The notes beneath the pieces are model-generated. The model did not search any database and was not told the DNA's origin. It saw only the letters and a list, made by a program, of their open reading frames with translations. From the NCBI RefSeq assembly GCF_001194135.2, contig NC_068999.1, forward strand, positions 18,252,244 through 18,290,031: a stretch of DNA of 37,788 bases, written 5' to 3'. The position numbers and the translations under genes are program-made. Below, piece by piece: positions 1 to 11,687 of the stretch (its first letter is position 1; every line of letters begins with the position of its first letter). This DNA comes from Octopus bimaculoides. Its lineage: Eukaryota.

Positions 1-1270
1 ATATATATATATATATATACATATATACACGACGTAGTATGAAGAATCTGGTAATATATAATATTATAGTTCGCGTATTTCAAGATTATTCTTTACTGCA
101 GGTGATTCAGTGTTTCACATTATAGATTTGTCTATATCTTTCCTTGGAAGTATCTTAAGTTCTTTGTCGCGGAAACACCGTTCACTAGGTAGATTATTAT
201 CAAGTATTGTTCAATTTTGTTAGTGGCTAATAGAAATTCAGCATTTTATATTTTCCAGCATTTGCACTAAATCGCCATTGTATACATTTTTCTCTGCCCA
301 CTTTACATTTAAATATTGACGTCACCTGGTGTAGATTAGTTTTCGCCTTCGCTATTCCATGTGTTGGTGTCGCACAGCTGGTTAATAATATAAGTGTTAA
401 AATCCATATATTTCAAATTTTGAAATTTCACATGAAGCAATCTGGGAAACAAAAGTGTCACTGTTTTGATTATATGTAATGTATTTGCTTTATTTATGTT
501 AACAGAACGTAATTTCAGTTTTAAAACATATTTGCTGTATTCGACATAGTACGCCTATACATCTGAAAATCTCTTTAATATTATTATTATATTTTTCGTT
601 TTAAATTACTATCGTATTTATTATTTAATTATTATTAACACTGATTTCAGGTTTTGATATTTAATTTACTTATTTGGTTTTCTGTGAATTACAAAATTCA
701 GTGTTTTGCTATGTGTTAAATGTAGAAATATGTCAGAGAAATTTGTCACTAAGTAAGATGAGGAGTATGTTCAATGGATGGTCTTTATGAAAATTGAGAT
801 AATTGTTTGTCTCTTATCGCGAAGGGGAAAATTGTTTTTATTTTAAAGAGTAAATGTAAGTATTCTATCAGTCCAGTAAATTTAGGCATATATGACTCCC
901 ATGAAGGATCCACGTTTGTCCTTCACGTGTTTCGAAAATTGTAACGTAAGATGAAAATAGGGGCGATCTAATCAATTTAAATATAATTATAACTGGATGT
1001 AAGTAAGTTTTTTTTTATTCATATGAGTAAACTGAATCTTAGATTTTAAGTGTGCATTGAAGTGTGGAATAAATGCAGCAGGTTGGATGGTTGATAGAAT
1101 TCTTCAGTATTTCGTATGTTATATTTACATCAATATCCTTTTTACTTTGCCCTTGTAATTATGTTCAACGTATATTTTAGATATAAAAACCAACATATAA
1201 GTCCCATTTAAATTTTTTTTATGGGCTCTCATATAGCTATCAATTGAGCGTAAACATTATTATTAATATA

Positions 1271-1485
1271 CGTTTCAGATCAGGGCACGCGGCCAGTAAG
1301 GTCTTGGGAAGGTATAAGCCGATCCCCGCGAAGTTATTGCGCTAATGTTACTTTTTTAATTGACACCGAAGGTATGAAAGCAATACCTACCTTAGTGGAA
1401 TTGTAACTCAGAACGTAAAAACGAACGAAATGTCTCTGAGACTTTTTGCCTAGAATGAAAACAATTGCGGCAGCTAGCCGCCTTA
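1271..1485 (-). mobile_element. Diverged tRNA-derived SINE, family 2 (Nin/Deu-like central domain)
   Basis: Minus strand reads taaggcggctagctgccgcaattg...tacgttctgagttacaattccactaagg (B-box-like GTTCTGAGTTACAATTCC), then ttgctttcataccttcggtgtcaattaaaaaagta, resembling the GCCTTTCATCCTTTCGGGGTCGATAAA core of Nin/Deu-type SINEs, and a tail ending gtgccctgatctgaaac. Homologous to the copy at 20728-20918. Confidence 0.65.
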
Positions 1486-1549
1486 ATACTATTATTAATA
1501 TAGTTATTGCTGTTGCTCAATAAAATAAGAACTAGTTGAATAGGGAGGC

Positions 1550-1610
1550 TAATGTAATTGTGTTGCCCCTCAACCGCATTCGCTGTCCCGGTGCCAAGAT
1601 TTGAAACTAT
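1550..1610 (+). mobile_element. 3' tail fragment of SINE family 2, opposite orientation to 1271-1485
   Basis: cattcgctgtcccggtgccaagatttgaaact aligns with the reverse complement of 1271-1300 (cttactggccgcgtgccctgatctgaaacg) and with the tail of the 20728 copy. Confidence 0.45.
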
Positions 1611-1756
1611 ATTTTCTGTAGTCAAATTCCGCAGAAAGATAGTACATATTATTCTATATATCAATGCATCCACCAATCTATGTATATGCCCCTCAATCTA
1701 TCCTTCTAGCAACCTCTCTCTTTCTTTCTCTGTAAATATATATATATATATATATA

Positions 1757-1854
1757 CACGACTGGCTTCTACTACAATTGCCACGCAGTGGAACTGAACC
1801 CGGAACCATATATTTCGGATGCGAGTGCCTTACCACACATCAATACCTGTGCCT
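1757..1854 (-). mobile_element. SINE family 1 head with internal deletion
   Basis: tgccacgcagtggaactgaacccggaaccat...taccacacat...gcct matches the tRNA-like head at 5145-5220. The upstream cacgactggcttct matches tacgacggacttct at ~5054-5068, and the ~75 bp between them is missing. Confidence 0.7.
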
Positions 1855-3570
1855 AAATACAGATGTGTATCTGTGTATTAACACCAAATGGCAATAATTG
1901 CTTCCGAAAGTACAGTTATTAATATTATTATCTTTATTTTAATATCCACTCAACTAATTCCAGCTTTTATAAGCGGTTAATATCAGTGCAAAAATTCCGG
2001 AAGAAATAATGAACACTTTGTGCGGTATAAAACGTAAAATAAAGGAATAATGTCTCCTATTTTTATTCTAATTTTGTTTTTCTTTCTCAAATTTAACAGA
2101 AACTGACTATTTGTAAATTAATGAATCACTGACAGCCGTCTTTCCTTCTAGCAGATAATTTCGTTTGACACACGCTCGTACATAGCAGCCGCAACGAAAG
2201 TAACGCTGGACTTTTTCCAAGAAATTACACTACGGTGCGATCAAGACAATTAATGATTTCTATCCAACGCTCCCATATTAATTTTTGGTATTTAATTATT
2301 TAAACTGTTGGGAAGTAAAAAACAACGTTTCTTTCCAGCTTTACCACTTACTGTAGTAATTCTAACAGACTTTCATTTTCACCTCTTGTTTCTATTTTTG
2401 TTCTTCATACATGATATCTTGTTTTGCAAATATGAAATGTCACGCTTCATCTTAGTTACGTTGTTGTCTGCATACATGCCACATCCTGACACAAATTAAT
2501 TCCGATAGTGTTCATCTACAATATGAATGTATGATGCGTGAAATCTTTAAAACATTAATTTAATCATATCAGTGTTACCGCTGAGAAAGTAGCGAAAATT
2601 AAACGTTGGCAAAATTACTTTGGATAGATAGTTGTTTAGAAGTTACCAAAAAAGTGTATATGCCTCTTTTTTGTAAACTTGTGATATTTAATATTAAACA
2701 TTTTATAAAATTCTGTGGATTAGCCAGTTTGTTTGATCTTTACACAGAGGTCACCGTGTGACTCATACCCGTTTTTTCTCTAGTTCAATATTATAAAATT
2801 ATAGGGGCAATATAACCGATCATGCTACTTTACCAGTTTCTGGCCCGATGCCTATGATATAAATTTTTCATAAATATTTCATACTTAACATTAATTTATA
2901 TTTTATATTCCTTCCGTTAAGGAAAACATATGCTAATTTTGGTAAATTATAGCAGTTTCAAGTATGTGTGTTTTTAGGTTAGAAAGTAGGACTACGAAAA
3001 TCATTTAAACAACGGCAAGGAATAATTTTATTAAATGGTTACAAGCCAAGATGAGTTTATTTTTATAATATATCACACGTGAAATTGCTATCAGGGAACA
3101 GCACACGTTGACCGAAATGAGGCTTTGTTAGTATCATTAAAACCAGAAAAATACTTAGATTTACAGGGAAAGTTTAATAAAGATCCCCCATATATTCGCA
3201 AGCATAGACATATGTGTTGAAGTGTACACAATGTTATATACTTAAATATATATAAACCCCGATTATTTACGTGCACTGCTACATGCAGAATACTCTTCTT
3301 TTAAGATGCAGTAAGTATGGGATTGTCAAGATGAACGCTAGATCTATTAATAGTATAATTTTAATTCATGACATATATTGACTACTCAGATGGAAGTTGG
3401 TGGCTGTTAATATAGTAAACAAAAAGACAAATAATGAAGAATTCCCTCTCAGAAATTCTATGCAATGTAATTGCAAATCACTTTGAACATTTTTACGAAC
3501 ATGGCGATTTTATTTTCACTTTTCTCACTATTTCATAGTGTTTTGCAGAATGTGCATATTGAATATGACT

Positions 3571-3895
3571 TATCTTTTACTGTTTACTTGTTTCACTCAT
3601 TAGATTATGGCCATGCCTGGGCAGTACAATGAAAAAAGTTTAGTTGAACGAATCGATCCCATACTGATTTCATTACTTTTAAGCCTGTTACTTATTCTAT
3701 CTGCTGCATTTGCCGCACCGCTATCTTCGGGTACATAAACACTGCCACATCATTTATCGAGCGCTAGGGAAACGCACAAGACCTGGTAAGAACGATGCTA
3801 CATTAGAAGCTACGACCCGAAGTGTCTCACGGTAGAACTGAACCCGTGACCATTTGGTTGAGAAGCAAACTTCTTACAACGTAGCAACGCGTCTG
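3571..3895 (-). mobile_element. Old SINE family 1 copy (head and tail, short centre)
   Basis: ttttactgtttacttgtttcactcattagattatggccatgc...aagcctgttacttattctatc...gccgcaccgcta and gaactgaacccgtgaccatttggttgagaagcaaacttcttac align with both ends of the 4811-5220 copy. Confidence 0.7.
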
Positions 3896-4699
3896 ACTAT
3901 TGTTTAATAATTCAGAATAGTTACACTCAATGTGATCAGTGAAGACCTGGTGCCTAGTTGCAAGAAGACCAAAGGATGGCTCTGAGACCAGGTTACTTTG
4001 ACAATTCTAGCCCTAATTTAATGAAGGCATGAACTCTGATTTCAGTTATGTAACTTACTTGGAAGTGATAACATATTACTTATAGAAAAAGGTGATATCC
4101 ACATTATCAGCTTGTGTAGAGTATGAGATATAACATATTTTACAATGGTTTACTCATTTTGTCATGTGTATCTTTATAAATTTATTAAATTCATAACATA
4201 TACGAAATATTTTTCAACAAGTCTGAAGTACCATCGCCTTTAGAGTGTAAGCTGGGTAAATATTTTAAATTCGATGACAGTGTGGTATAAACACGCAGAT
4301 GTTTACGAATGTTTCACGTACATAGTGACCTTTATATCTTCTGCTATTTCTATATATACAAAAAAGGAAACTTTCTTATGATGTTAGTGCATCATTAATT
4401 TACATTGCATTTCAAAAATGCATAAACACCTCTTCTTTTCTTTGTTGAATTAAATGTGAAAAATATTTTATCAGTGACATTTTTCTGTAAACATCCGTTT
4501 TTACAATGGTTAATGTAATATTCCATAAAGAAGACATATCTCCGGACAGTAAGATAAATATATGTCATGAAATGAAGAGTGTTCTTTTCTTTATTTATGT
4601 ATGGGGATACATTTCAAATGAACATTTACAACGATGTCTTGATATTCACATCCATGATTGGTGGCTAATACTTTATTGAAGGTATGCTAAATAACACAT

Positions 4700-4797
4700 T
4701 GTAGGGCACTGCCCAAGGATTTATGACGGACCAACTGTAGACAGAAACCTCCCTGCGGACTAGCTAAGGAGCTCGTCTGGAGCAAAGTCTCCGTCAA
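4700..4797 (+). repeat. 5' LTR, left part (interrupted by a SINE; remnant resumes ~5231-5248)
   Basis: Begins TGTAGGGCACTGCCCAAGGATTTATGACGGACC and aligns with TTTAGTGCATTGCCCAAGAATTTACGACGGACG at 5854. tttaactaaa at 5231 recurs at ~6007 in the 3' LTR. Confidence 0.7.
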
Positions 4798-4810
4798 TAT
4801 TTTTTTTATA

Positions 4811-5220
4811 TACTCTCTTTTACTCTTTTACTTGTTTCAGTCATTTGACTGTGGCCATGCTGGAGCACCACCTTAAGTCGAGCAAATCGACCCCAGGACT
4901 TATTCTTTGTAAGCCTAGTACTTATTCTATCGTCTCTTTTGCCGAACCGCTAAGTTACGGGGACGTAAACACACCAGAACGGTTGTCAAGCGATGTTGGG
5001 GGGACAAACACAGACACGCAAACATATACGCACACATACATATATACACATATATACGACGGACTTCTTTCAGTTTCCGTCTACCAAATCCACTCACAAG
5101 GCTTTGGTCGGCCCGAGGCTATAGTAGAAGACACTTGCCCAAGGTGCCACGTAGTGGGACTGAACCCGGAACCATGTGGTTGGTAAGCAAGCTACTTACC
5201 ACACAGCCACTCCTACGCCT
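4811..5220 (-). mobile_element. Near full-length tRNA-derived SINE, family 1 (octopus OK/OR-like; central domain resembles the Meta domain)
   Basis: The minus strand has A box TGGCTGTGTGG (5209-5199) and B box GGTTCAGTCC (5166-5157), then a conserved-looking core GCCTTGTGAGTGGATTTGGTAGACGGAAACTGAAAGAAG, a (TG/TA) stretch, and a tail ending CTCCAGCATGGCCACAGTCAAATGACTGAAACAAGTAAAAGAGTAAAAGAGAG. The family name is from recall, not a search. Confidence 0.9.
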
Positions 5221-5248
5221 ATATATATAATTTAACTAAAGCTCTAAC

Positions 5249-5262
5249 TGGTGAGCCCGGTG
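5249..5262 (+). other. Primer-binding site, tRNA-Trp-like
   Basis: TGGTGAGCCCGGTG versus TGGTGACCCCGACG expected from the 3' end of animal tRNA-Trp (11/14 match), located right after the LTR-end-like ...gctctaac. Confidence 0.55.
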
Positions 5263-5660
5263 TTCACCGTCGCCGATGTCCATTAGCCCTTTATCGGGGC
5301 AGACGTCCTTTGAGCACACTTGCTACTTGTTGATTTGTAAGGGAGATGACTGATCAATAGCAACACATTCGCTTCTGCGGCTCAGTCATAGCAACAGTTT
5401 CTCGAATCAAGAACGAATTCTCGAATCTGCTTGCGAGTCGCCCCAATCTCACAACCCTCACATTCTCCAAACCTACATCCCGCCACGGAATGACACACCA
5501 CATCACCTCTCCCCCAGTCACAACCGCGTACGTTGTCTAACACCAGACAAACTTCGTATCGCAAAGGCTGAGTTAGACAATATTCTGGCGTTGGGCATTG
5601 TTTGCAAATCAAGCAGTCACTGGCAGTCACCCCGGCATGTGGCACCGAAACAAGCCTGCC
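5263..5660 (+). pseudogene. Gypsy pol fragment: end of aspartic protease and start of reverse transcriptase, frameshifted
   Basis: Manual translation gives FTVADVH*PFIGADVL...LLVDL (retropepsin C-terminus), HGMTHHIT.SPPV and PDKLRIAKAELDNILALGIVCKSSSHWQSPRHVAPK, matching the typical Gypsy RT start PDKL..AK.EF..ML..GIIRPS.SPWASPLHMVPK. Confidence 0.85.
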
Positions 5661-5837
5661 ACAGACTGCCTCCCGTTCAGATACAAACTTCGTATTTTAA
5701 AGTGAATTATATTAAATATATGTTCCGAAGAGCAACTTAGAGAAGACAAAATTATTTTATTGCTATAAAAGCCTTCAAATTTAATTGAAATAAGGACAGC
5801 AAAAGCCTTCTCAGTTCCAAGGACAGTCAGCAATTCT

Positions 5838-5848
5838 GGGGTGGGGAG
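5838..5848 (+). other. Polypurine tract
   Basis: GGGGTGGGGAG lies a few nt upstream of the 3' LTR start. Confidence 0.65.
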
Positions 5849-5853
5849 ATATA

Positions 5854-6090
5854 TTTAGTGCATTGCCCAAGAATTTACGACGGACGAATTGTATTCAGGA
5901 ACTTCGCTGCGCGCCAGCTAGGGAGCTGGTCGACAGAGACGTGGATCTCCGGCTAAGCGTGCTCTTTACGATGCATGCATTCACTATCGGCCGTCACCCT
6001 CATGTGTTTAACTAAATAAATCTTTCACCAACATATTCTGGGTCTCTGTTAATTTATTTTATTATATTTGTTTTTGTATATAGCTTAACA
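5854..6090 (+). repeat. 3' LTR (~237 bp)
   Basis: Homologous to 4700-4797, preceded by the PPT, contains AATAAA near 6015 and ends tagcttaaCA. Confidence 0.65.
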
Positions 6091-6150
6091 AAAGCTAAAC
6101 ATGAATACGAGATCGTTATTCCCTGGTAATTATATCGTTATTCCCTTGTA

Positions 6151-6339
6151 AGGGATTAGGGATTACGGTTAGGGTTCGGATTTTAGAGTTCGGGTTTTAG
6201 AGTTCGGGATTTAGTGTTAGGGCTAGGGTTAGGGATATGAGTTAGGTTATGGCAAAAATAATCATAACCCTAACCCTAACACTAACCTTAAAACTAACAT
6301 TAACTCTAAAACCTGAGCCCTAACCCTAAAGCTAAAACC
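6151..6339. repeat. Degenerate telomere-like arrays in inverted orientation: (TTAGGG-like)n - 13 nt spacer - (CCCTAA-like)n
   Basis: G-rich units (ttaggg, ttagtg, ttagag, ttcggg) at 6151-6250 and C-rich units (ccctaa, cactaa, ctctaa) at 6264-6339. The centre is ggttat-ggcaaaaataatc-ataacc. Confidence 0.8.
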
Positions 6340-6995
6340 AGTACAAACGCACGAACGATGTTATAAATAACAGTATCGCCGATAGTTGTTGAAAAACAAG
6401 GCAGTAATTTTATTCAAGGGAAAAAATCCCATTACACCGCACACCGTTTGGCTTACAAACTATGCCAGTAATTGTTTTCACCTCAATAGACGTCAGTGAT
6501 TGGTTGAAGTTACCGAAATACGACAATTTTTTACAAGAAATAACTTCGAATACAACATTTTTTATCTGTTCTATAACACAAAATATAAACGTATAAGAAG
6601 TTTGAAAGTGTTTCGGTAGAAGACACACTAAATAAAACATAAATAAAAAGTGGCACCCGTCAATTCAGAAAGATCCCGATAAATAAGATTCGAATATCCA
6701 TTAGGGTCAATGTAAAATTCATGATGTATTATAATATATTAAGTGACCGGGATTTCAGATGAACATGAGTTGGATGAATGGGCTACGAACTGACAGGTTT
6801 TACTCTGTATTCCCAAACACTTCGAATAGTAACGAAAAGAAACCAACATTAAATATTGGGTACAAAACTATGCAAGGTACAAATTCAGATAGCCTGGTTT
6901 AGGGATATCCATGAAGAGCGAACGTTAAAAAATTCGAAATCATGTCGAATTTCAAAACAAGAAAATTCATTACAACCGTAACATTACATGAATGT

Positions 6996-7495
6996 ACACA
7001 CACACACACACACACACACAGACACACACACACATATACACACACATACACACACACATACCCACACACACAAACACGCACACACACACTTACAAAATTA
7101 TATATATATACATATATACAACGAGAGAGGAGAATGAGATGTGTGTAAGTGCGGGTATGTGAGTATGTATATATATATATATATATATATATAATCGCAC
7201 GCACACGCAAATATACGTACATATATATATATGCCCATAGCGATATATAACCCTATGAGTAGGTTCCCGTATAAATGAATATGTCTGCGTGTGTACGTCT
7301 GTGTGTATGAATGTACGTGTTACTATTAATTTTATCAATACACATATGGGCACAAGAATGCCCGCACATACACATAAATACGTTTATAAGCAGGTAGATA
7401 TGTAAACATAAATATATATGTATACTGGTAAGGTTAAACATGTAAATACGTACAAGCACGTATGTATTTTCACACACTATATATATAGACATGCG

Positions 7496-7556
<61 letters not shown>

Positions 7557-7581
7557 ATATATATATATATATATATATATA
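6996..7581. repeat. Microsatellite cluster: (CA)n, (TA)n, (CTAT)n at 7496-7555, then (TA)n into a gap
   Basis: Directly visible simple repeats. Confidence 0.95.
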
Positions 7582-8153
7582 NNNNNNNNNNNNNNNNNNN
7601 NNNNNNNNNNNNNNNNNNNNNNNNNNNNNNNNNNNNNNNNNNNNNNNNNNNNNNNNNNNNNNNNNNNNNNNNNNNNNNNNNNNNNNNNNNNNNNNNNNNN
7701 NNNNNNNNNNNNNNNNNNNNNNNNNNNNNNNNNNNNNNNNNNNNNNNNNNNNNNNNNNNNNNNNNNNNNNNNNNNNNNNNNNNNNNNNNNNNNNNNNNNN
7801 NNNNNNNNNNNNNNNNNNNNNNNNNNNNNNNNNNNNNNNNNNNNNNNNNNNNNNNNNNNNNNNNNNNNNNNNNNNNNNNNNNNNNNNNNNNNNNNNNNNN
7901 NNNNNNNNNNNNNNNNNNNNNNNNNNNNNNNNNNNNNNNNNNNNNNNNNNNNNNNNNNNNNNNNNNNNNNNNNNNNNNNNNNNNNNNNNNNNNNNNNNNN
8001 NNNNNNNNNNNNNNNNNNNNNNNNNNNNNNNNNNNNNNNNNNNNNNNNNNNNNNNNNNNNNNNNNNNNNNNNNNNNNNNNNNNNNNNNNNNNNNNNNNNN
8101 NNNNNNNNNNNNNNNNNNNNNNNNNNNNNNNNNNNNNNNNNNNNNNNNNNNNN
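7582..8153. other. Assembly gap (N run)
   Basis: N run flanked by (TA)n. Confidence 1.
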
Positions 8154-8202
<49 letters not shown>

Positions 8203-8881
8203 TTACATATATATATATATATATGTGCATATATGTATATACTTACACTTTTATATGAAAGTACGCGTATATACATACGGTCACACTGATTCATGTGTGT
8301 ATATAAGTAAAAATATGAATATTCACGCATATTGTAAGGCAACAGCTCCACTACACGCAAAAACATTACCATTAGTCATTACAATTGTTGTTGTTGTTAT
8401 TATTATTATTATTATTATTATTACCAAGATTAATAACAAAACCAAACTAACAATAAAAACAGATAATGCAGTATATGGAGATAATGCTATCGAATAGAAT
8501 TATTAGATTCAGGTCAGAATATTTCAGAAGAGACCAGACGTAATGGAGACATCAGATGTGGATACACCACATATTTTCACTACCTTACGAGTAATGCTTT
8601 TTAGATTTTTCTTCAATAACACTGACCTCTACAGAAAAGAAATGAGAGAGAGAAAATGCTTCTAAATGTGAATATCTAAATTGAATTGCGCATAAACGTT
8701 GTGGAGAAAACATTCTTCGAAGAACATGAGGATATTTACAAATGGAATGGATAGAAAGTATGAAGCAGAAGATATTCCCTTAGATAGTAGGCACAAATAT
8801 GTACGCGATATGCTTAAATATGTCGTAGTGAGCACATATGTACAATCGTTCATGAACAAACTCAACCTGTATATATATATA

Positions 8882-9456
8882 NNNNNNNNNNNNNNNNNNN
8901 NNNNNNNNNNNNNNNNNNNNNNNNNNNNNNNNNNNNNNNNNNNNNNNNNNNNNNNNNNNNNNNNNNNNNNNNNNNNNNNNNNNNNNNNNNNNNNNNNNNN
9001 NNNNNNNNNNNNNNNNNNNNNNNNNNNNNNNNNNNNNNNNNNNNNNNNNNNNNNNNNNNNNNNNNNNNNNNNNNNNNNNNNNNNNNNNNNNNNNNNNNNN
9101 NNNNNNNNNNNNNNNNNNNNNNNNNNNNNNNNNNNNNNNNNNNNNNNNNNNNNNNNNNNNNNNNNNNNNNNNNNNNNNNNNNNNNNNNNNNNNNNNNNNN
9201 NNNNNNNNNNNNNNNNNNNNNNNNNNNNNNNNNNNNNNNNNNNNNNNNNNNNNNNNNNNNNNNNNNNNNNNNNNNNNNNNNNNNNNNNNNNNNNNNNNNN
9301 NNNNNNNNNNNNNNNNNNNNNNNNNNNNNNNNNNNNNNNNNNNNNNNNNNNNNNNNNNNNNNNNNNNNNNNNNNNNNNNNNNNNNNNNNNNNNNNNNNNN
9401 NNNNNNNNNNNNNNNNNNNNNNNNNNNNNNNNNNNNNNNNNNNNNNNNNNNNNNNN
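8882..9456. other. Assembly gap (N run)
   Basis: N run. Confidence 1.
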
Positions 9457-9779
9457 CTTTACAAACAAATCAATTACACACACAAACATACTGAAGTACA
9501 CGTGCGCGCAAATACAAATGTATATACATACAGGGAAACAGAAAATATGCAAGAGATATGTATGTCTGCTATGACAATCCACAGGACATATGTAACAATA
9601 AGTGCATTTCCCTGCTTCCAATCGTGTACTCGTGGTATACCCCCCCCCATATTTGATAGATGTACGCAATACGTAACACTAGAACTCAGCTGGACGATAA
9701 TTTTCAGTCTCACGGGACGATTTTATGTGAATATTTCAAGGATATTACTAGCACTTTGTCTTTTACTACAGCCAGCGAT

Positions 9780-10010
9780 CCGACTGATCCGATCAACGGA
9801 ATTGCCCGCTCGTGGAATTAATGTTGAACTGGCTGAGCAGTCTACGAACCGGCGTACTAAGAACGTTGTTCAAAGGGAATTAAGCACTACACATATTAAT
9901 ACAAATCTGGGCCTTTGAATTACAGGTAAAACTTATCCTTCCCAACGGAGTGGAGTGTAACAATGTAAAATAACGAGCCTTAGTCAAGGAACTCACGGCC
10001 TTACGAATGT
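9780..10010 (-). mobile_element. Old SINE, family 3 (CORE-like segment)
   Basis: gatcaacggaattgcccgctcgtggaattaatgttgaactggctgagcag...gggcctttgaattacaggta...caatgtaaaataacgagccttagtcaagga resembles the reverse of a CORE-type cephalopod SINE (ccttgagcaagacactttatt). Recognised from memory; strongly decayed. Confidence 0.5.
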
Positions 10011-11585
10011 GTAACGAATTCAGCCTCACTATTTTGTTGTCTTCATTTCGATGAGATATATTTATATTCAGGGGCAAACACACAACACACTCACACATAA
10101 ACACATACAACATATACACGGAATACGGATTTATGTATGTATGAGCATATATGAATATTATCTGTGTAATAGATAATGCGCATAGTTTTGTTTCTCTTTG
10201 ACACTGACGCGCACACATACCCCACAGAGAGTTACACTTACGACAACACATACTCACACACACGTACACGAACACATACACACACATTCCCCGCGTCTAT
10301 ATATATTTGCAAAACATAGATATCACCACTTTTATAAATTTTTTCTTAACTTCAAATATTTTCGATATACATTTATATGGAAATCGCCAATTTTCATTTA
10401 AAAATGTATCTGATTATTAAAAGAAGATGCAATTATATGGAAATATTCTTGTTACAGAGTATTTTAAATTGATATTTTGATGAAATGTTACAAGTGTATC
10501 CTAGATATGCATTTTTCCACCATAACCAGATTGTGGAATTTGATCAGATATATCAAATATAAATATCATCGTGTCTTTTCTACCCGTTGCTAATAAAAAT
10601 GTAGCTTATTACTCACAAGTAGAATACCACTGTCAAGAAACAATTGTTGAGAACAAAGAAGGGTATCTCACATAACATCACAAATTCTGTAATGCCAGGG
10701 CTACCGAGGGTGTTAAAAGAACGGGTGCTTAAACTGATGCGAATTTGATGTTAGAATATAATTCTTTCTTCAATGCTAACGTGTTTTTCGGACATAGTTG
10801 AATTTACTCTTCCAGGAAACATCTACCCAAAATTCAAAAAAATGGTCTGAAATTATATACACAAGGCAATACGATCAAAATGATTGTGTTGTAATAAGAA
10901 TAACACGATAGCGCATCACAACAATTAGACTTCAATATACCATCGCAATCGAAATATATTACTCTATATATTTATATACAATTACAAATGCGAAATAAAC
11001 GCGTAAATCAGCGCACTCATCTCAAAAGCGTTTTCAGAAAACAATTATTTAAAAATGTAAGTAATCTCATGTCTCACAATGTTTGATGAATAAAAGAAAA
11101 TGTATCTAAGTAAGCAAGAAAGTAAAATCAGTAATCACATGGAATAAATTAAAAGAAGAAAAAAGAAAAGAAATAGACCTGGGAAATAACATGATAAATG
11201 TACAGGAACGAAACATTAATAAATAAATATGCGAAAAATACAATGGAAATATAGTATAGCATATAAAATTATGACTAATATAAAGAAAGGAGAGGAGAAA
11301 AAAACTGAATATTTATCCAAATAAATATTTTGATGCATACACTTAGATAATATATTGAATTAAACATTAATTATTCATGAAATAAATTCTAGAGACATTA
11401 TTCACATTTGCTCAAGCACATATCTTTATAATTCTTTATGCTTGGAATGATTATTTCTCTTCAATGTTTTTGACTGTCATTTTGAGCATTAAAAATATTC
11501 CTTTATTTCATAATCCTAAAGAAAATCTTTATTTTTATTCCGACAATTTTCTTTTATATACAAGAATATATTTATATTTTTCTTG

Positions 11586-11596
11586 TATTATTATTA

Positions 11597-11672
<76 letters not shown>

Positions 11673-11687
11673 CATTATTATTATTAT
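11586..11687. repeat. (TTA)n microsatellite
   Basis: Direct; it produces the poly-Ile ORFs. Confidence 0.98.

Larger units (their letters stand above)
4700..6090 (+). mobile_element. Internally deleted Ty3/Gypsy LTR retrotransposon (CsRn1-like clade)
   Basis: Two diverged direct repeats (4700-4797 and 5854-~5955), a PBS-like TGGTGAGCCCGG at 5249, a protease/RT-start coding stub at 5260-5660, a polypurine tract at 5838-5848 directly before the second repeat, and AATAAA plus a ...TAACA end in the second repeat. Confidence 0.75.

Noticed and set aside
180-420. Possible LINE RT remnant on the minus strand (VYNGD.., LLATNKI)
   Set aside because: Similarity is within chance for AT-rich sequence.
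5150-5220. tRNA-like A and B boxes
   Set aside because: They belong to a SINE head; there is no complete cloverleaf, so this is not a tRNA gene.
8510-8605. Exon-like segment bounded by cag/ and /gtaat
   Set aside because: There is no recognisable protein or partner exons, and such splice-like words are frequent here.
7090-9669. Long ORFs of 225-359 aa across 7418-9669, and similar ones at 12236, 23648-24370, 27311, 28393 and 36352-36969
   Set aside because: They are open only because they run through N gaps and TA/CA repeats.
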